Assembly: GCA_965644295.1 (NCBI GenBank)
Contig: CBFFRP010000199.1
Location: 527,207-591,206 of the forward strand
Source: Paraphysomonas bandaiensis
Taxonomy: Eukaryota > Protista > Chrysophyceae
DNA length: 64,000 nt
Reading direction: 5' to 3'
How positions within the stretch are numbered: position 1 is the stretch's first letter; every line of letters starts with the position of its first letter. Both the position numbers and the translations under genes were made by a program. Of this stretch, positions 61,539-64,000 are shown in pieces. The notes under the pieces are model-generated. The model searched no databases. It worked only from the letters and a program-made list of their open reading frames with translations, and was not told the DNA's origin.

Positions 61539-62119
61539 ATCTACATGCTCGTCGGTCAACTGAATCTGTTTAACTCAACAGCGCCTTGGGTGCATCGCAC
61601 CGCATGCTAGATATGGAGGTGACACTTTACATAGTTGTGATGATATTCAAGTAATTAATTCAAATTTTACTCTAAGCAACCACTTGCTTGCAAGGTTCAA
61701 CAGGTTGATCCGTATTATGGCACATCATTCGGTGTGTTCACATGTTCACTGCAAAAGCAATCGATGAATAAATTAGCTGCTTTGTTTGGTCATCTGTTAA
61801 TTATCTGTAACTAGTGCATATTAGTGACTAATATGCGATTTGAAATGAGCAGTAGTTGAGAAACTAAGGAGCAGTGACGTCTAGTTACAGAGTATGAATT
61901 ATTGAAATATTTACTTATTTCACTGGTAACTAGATAGAACTATAATTTAATTGAAACAACACTAATGTATACCAGGGATAGGGAAAAATATATATTGCAA
62001 TACTATTGATTATTGATGGAGTTTTTAAACCGGCCCTACAATACTGTTGCAGTATATTGTTCCCTATCCCTGATGTGTACTGCAATCCAAGGAAAGGGAA
62101 AATATATTGCAGTACTATT

Positions 62120-64000
62120 ATAGGAAAGTCTTATTATTACATGAGAACGGTTGCGTACAGAAACTAGTTTATATCTATAGACTAACTACAGTAATAACTA
62201 GATTTGCTAAATACTACTAGTGGCTGGCAACCGTCTCGGGACTGCTTGTGCATCGCTGCGAGCACCATGGTGCAACCGTCCCTTGTATTGAGGTTAGTCG
62301 GGGGGTCTACCTTTGGGCAATGTGTCTGGCGGGCCTGTGCCAAGGATTATGTGAGGGGTGGATGAGGCGAGATGTATATGAGAGTGTAAGTCGGTGGTGG
62401 AGATGGTGCTGGTTGTTGAGGTGGGGTTTCGGCCACAAGTAAGGAGGAGTTGTTTCCGGAGTGGTTGCGCTTGCCTCTGTCAGGTCTGGACTCTTGCAGA
62501 GAGTGTAGTTCTTGGGGTGGATGTCGCCTGGAGTAGTTGGAGTATTTTTGGTGTCGGGTGAGTATCCTGGGACTGGCGTTGCTGTGAATGTGTCGTGACC
62601 GGTGTCGCCGGTGCCGTGTCTACGTTGTGGTGTCTGTGTCCCCTATTGCGAATCATGCGGAGCCCTCCATCATATAGGGGGAGTAGGATAGAGGGGATGG
62701 CTTTTTCGAGGGCGTGGAACTGATGTTCGAGCAGTGAGCTGGATATGTGGCGTCCGAATGCGCAGTAATGTGGCCGGTCCAGTAGCGCTCAACCTGGGGG
62801 GTGGTTGGGTTCCATGCGTCTTTGGCTAGTTTGGTTATGGCGGTGTAAAACCAGGGATGGGGGAGCGTGCGTGTGCGAAGTTTGTCAAGCTTATTGTGGT
62901 GTGCTTGGTGGACATCTTCTCGTATATGAATGATGTCAGGATGAGTGCAGGTGAGAAGCATGTGCGCCATGTTGTCTGTGGGGTGTGCACAATCTGTGCA
63001 TGTGGAAGCCGTTGTGCGATCATGTCCGGATTTTCCTTTGGCTCGGTTTCTTCCCATTGCGAAGGATTTGTCCCATACGTATGCCGTCTCGCCTATACGC
63101 TCTGCGTGGGAGATGTAGTGTTTGGAGGAATTATGGGTACGGAGGGGGTGGAGCTTGTGTGGGAGCCTTGTTCCGCTGCGTGTCCAATACTGCGGGTCTC
63201 GCTGCGTTTGTGCAGCATACATGCTATCTCGTCGGAGGGTGTATTGATGGAGGTCCCACTGGTGGTGGAGATCTGTGACGTCTCCTAATAGCATGGGACC
63301 GAGGTCTGTGAGGAGGAGTGTATCGTATCTTCGCCAGTGCCATTGACCCGTGGTGAAGAATTCATCTCTAGTATGTGCGTAGCGTCAGTTGTGACAACAC
63401 TGTAGTTGGAGGCTCCGAGCACTCTGTCTAGTGTCTTCCAATCGCCGCTGGCGGCGGCGTCAGCTATATGAATGCCGTGGTCAGTGTAGGTCCAGTTGCT
63501 TTGATCTTGTGTTCTACGTTCGGGGGCGCGTCCATTTTATTGGGCGCTGTTTAAGAGCTGTGGAGGCGAGGCATTCGTAAAATATTCCCTGGGGCTTTGT
63601 TCCGAGGGCGCGCCGTCTGTGTGAGAGGGCCTCTTTGGTCCGCGTCTGTACCGCCTGACAATCAGTCCAGATTGCCACGGAAGAGTGGAGTACAGTGGAG
63701 AATGTCAGTGCTGCTGACATTATTACAAGGGTTTCGTAGGTGTATGCGTTGAGGCCAGGCGTGGTGAGCTGTGGTGCCGTGAGTTGTAAGATTTTGGTTT
63801 GGTTGTGACCCCAGTTGTTCTTGGGCGGGAGCCATACAATTGCAGCTCCTCCGTCGTGAGAATTGGGCTGTGTGTGGGTGTTGCCGAGTAGGTGAGCAGG
63901 GGTGAGGTGTGTGCGTATGAAGGATCCATCCGTGAAGATGGCTTTTTGTAAGCGTATTTGTGATCGTTGTACAGTTGTAGCTGTGATTGGACTTTGTCAA
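62120..64000 (-). mobile_element. Duplicated copy of the LINE, running off the window
   Basis: Matches 56692-58572. Confidence 0.9.

Larger units (their letters stand above)
55339..64000 (+). repeat. Direct segmental duplication, period 5428 bp (60767-64000 repeats 55339-58572)
   Basis: Identical ORFs offset by 5428. Only one substitution noticed (57342 A vs 62770 G). Confidence 0.97.

Overview
Gene-dense eukaryotic nuclear DNA with ~45-55 nt spliceosomal introns. A protist is likely, and a stramenopile/ochrophyte is my inference. About 21 host genes are supported, 18 of them in head-to-head pairs: a Rab-like GTPase, a calpain, an FZL-like dynamin, an M14 carboxypeptidase, a GT25-like transferase, RETSAT, DRG2, two LRR proteins, a METTL21-like methyltransferase, EDRF1, MED11, a sarcosine/dimethylglycine-type methyltransferase, a 2-hydroxyacid dehydrogenase, CAPZB and several hypotheticals. 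Mobile DNA fills the 3' intergenic gaps: the 3' half of a Ty1/Copia element with IN and RT-RH in different frames, two hAT families with perfect 8-bp TSDs and MITE derivatives, and a 5'-truncated RNase H-containing LINE nested in a hAT derivative. A recent 5428-bp-period duplication runs to the window end. The most striking observation is a ~465-bp non-coding dispersed retroposon family. Its precisely shared 5' end folds as an HDV-like self-cleaving ribozyme, and its 3' end shares a covarying GNRA stem-loop and terminal sequence with the LINE. This is a candidate ribozyme-headed SINE/LINE partnership. All homology calls come from motif recognition by eye; no searches were run.
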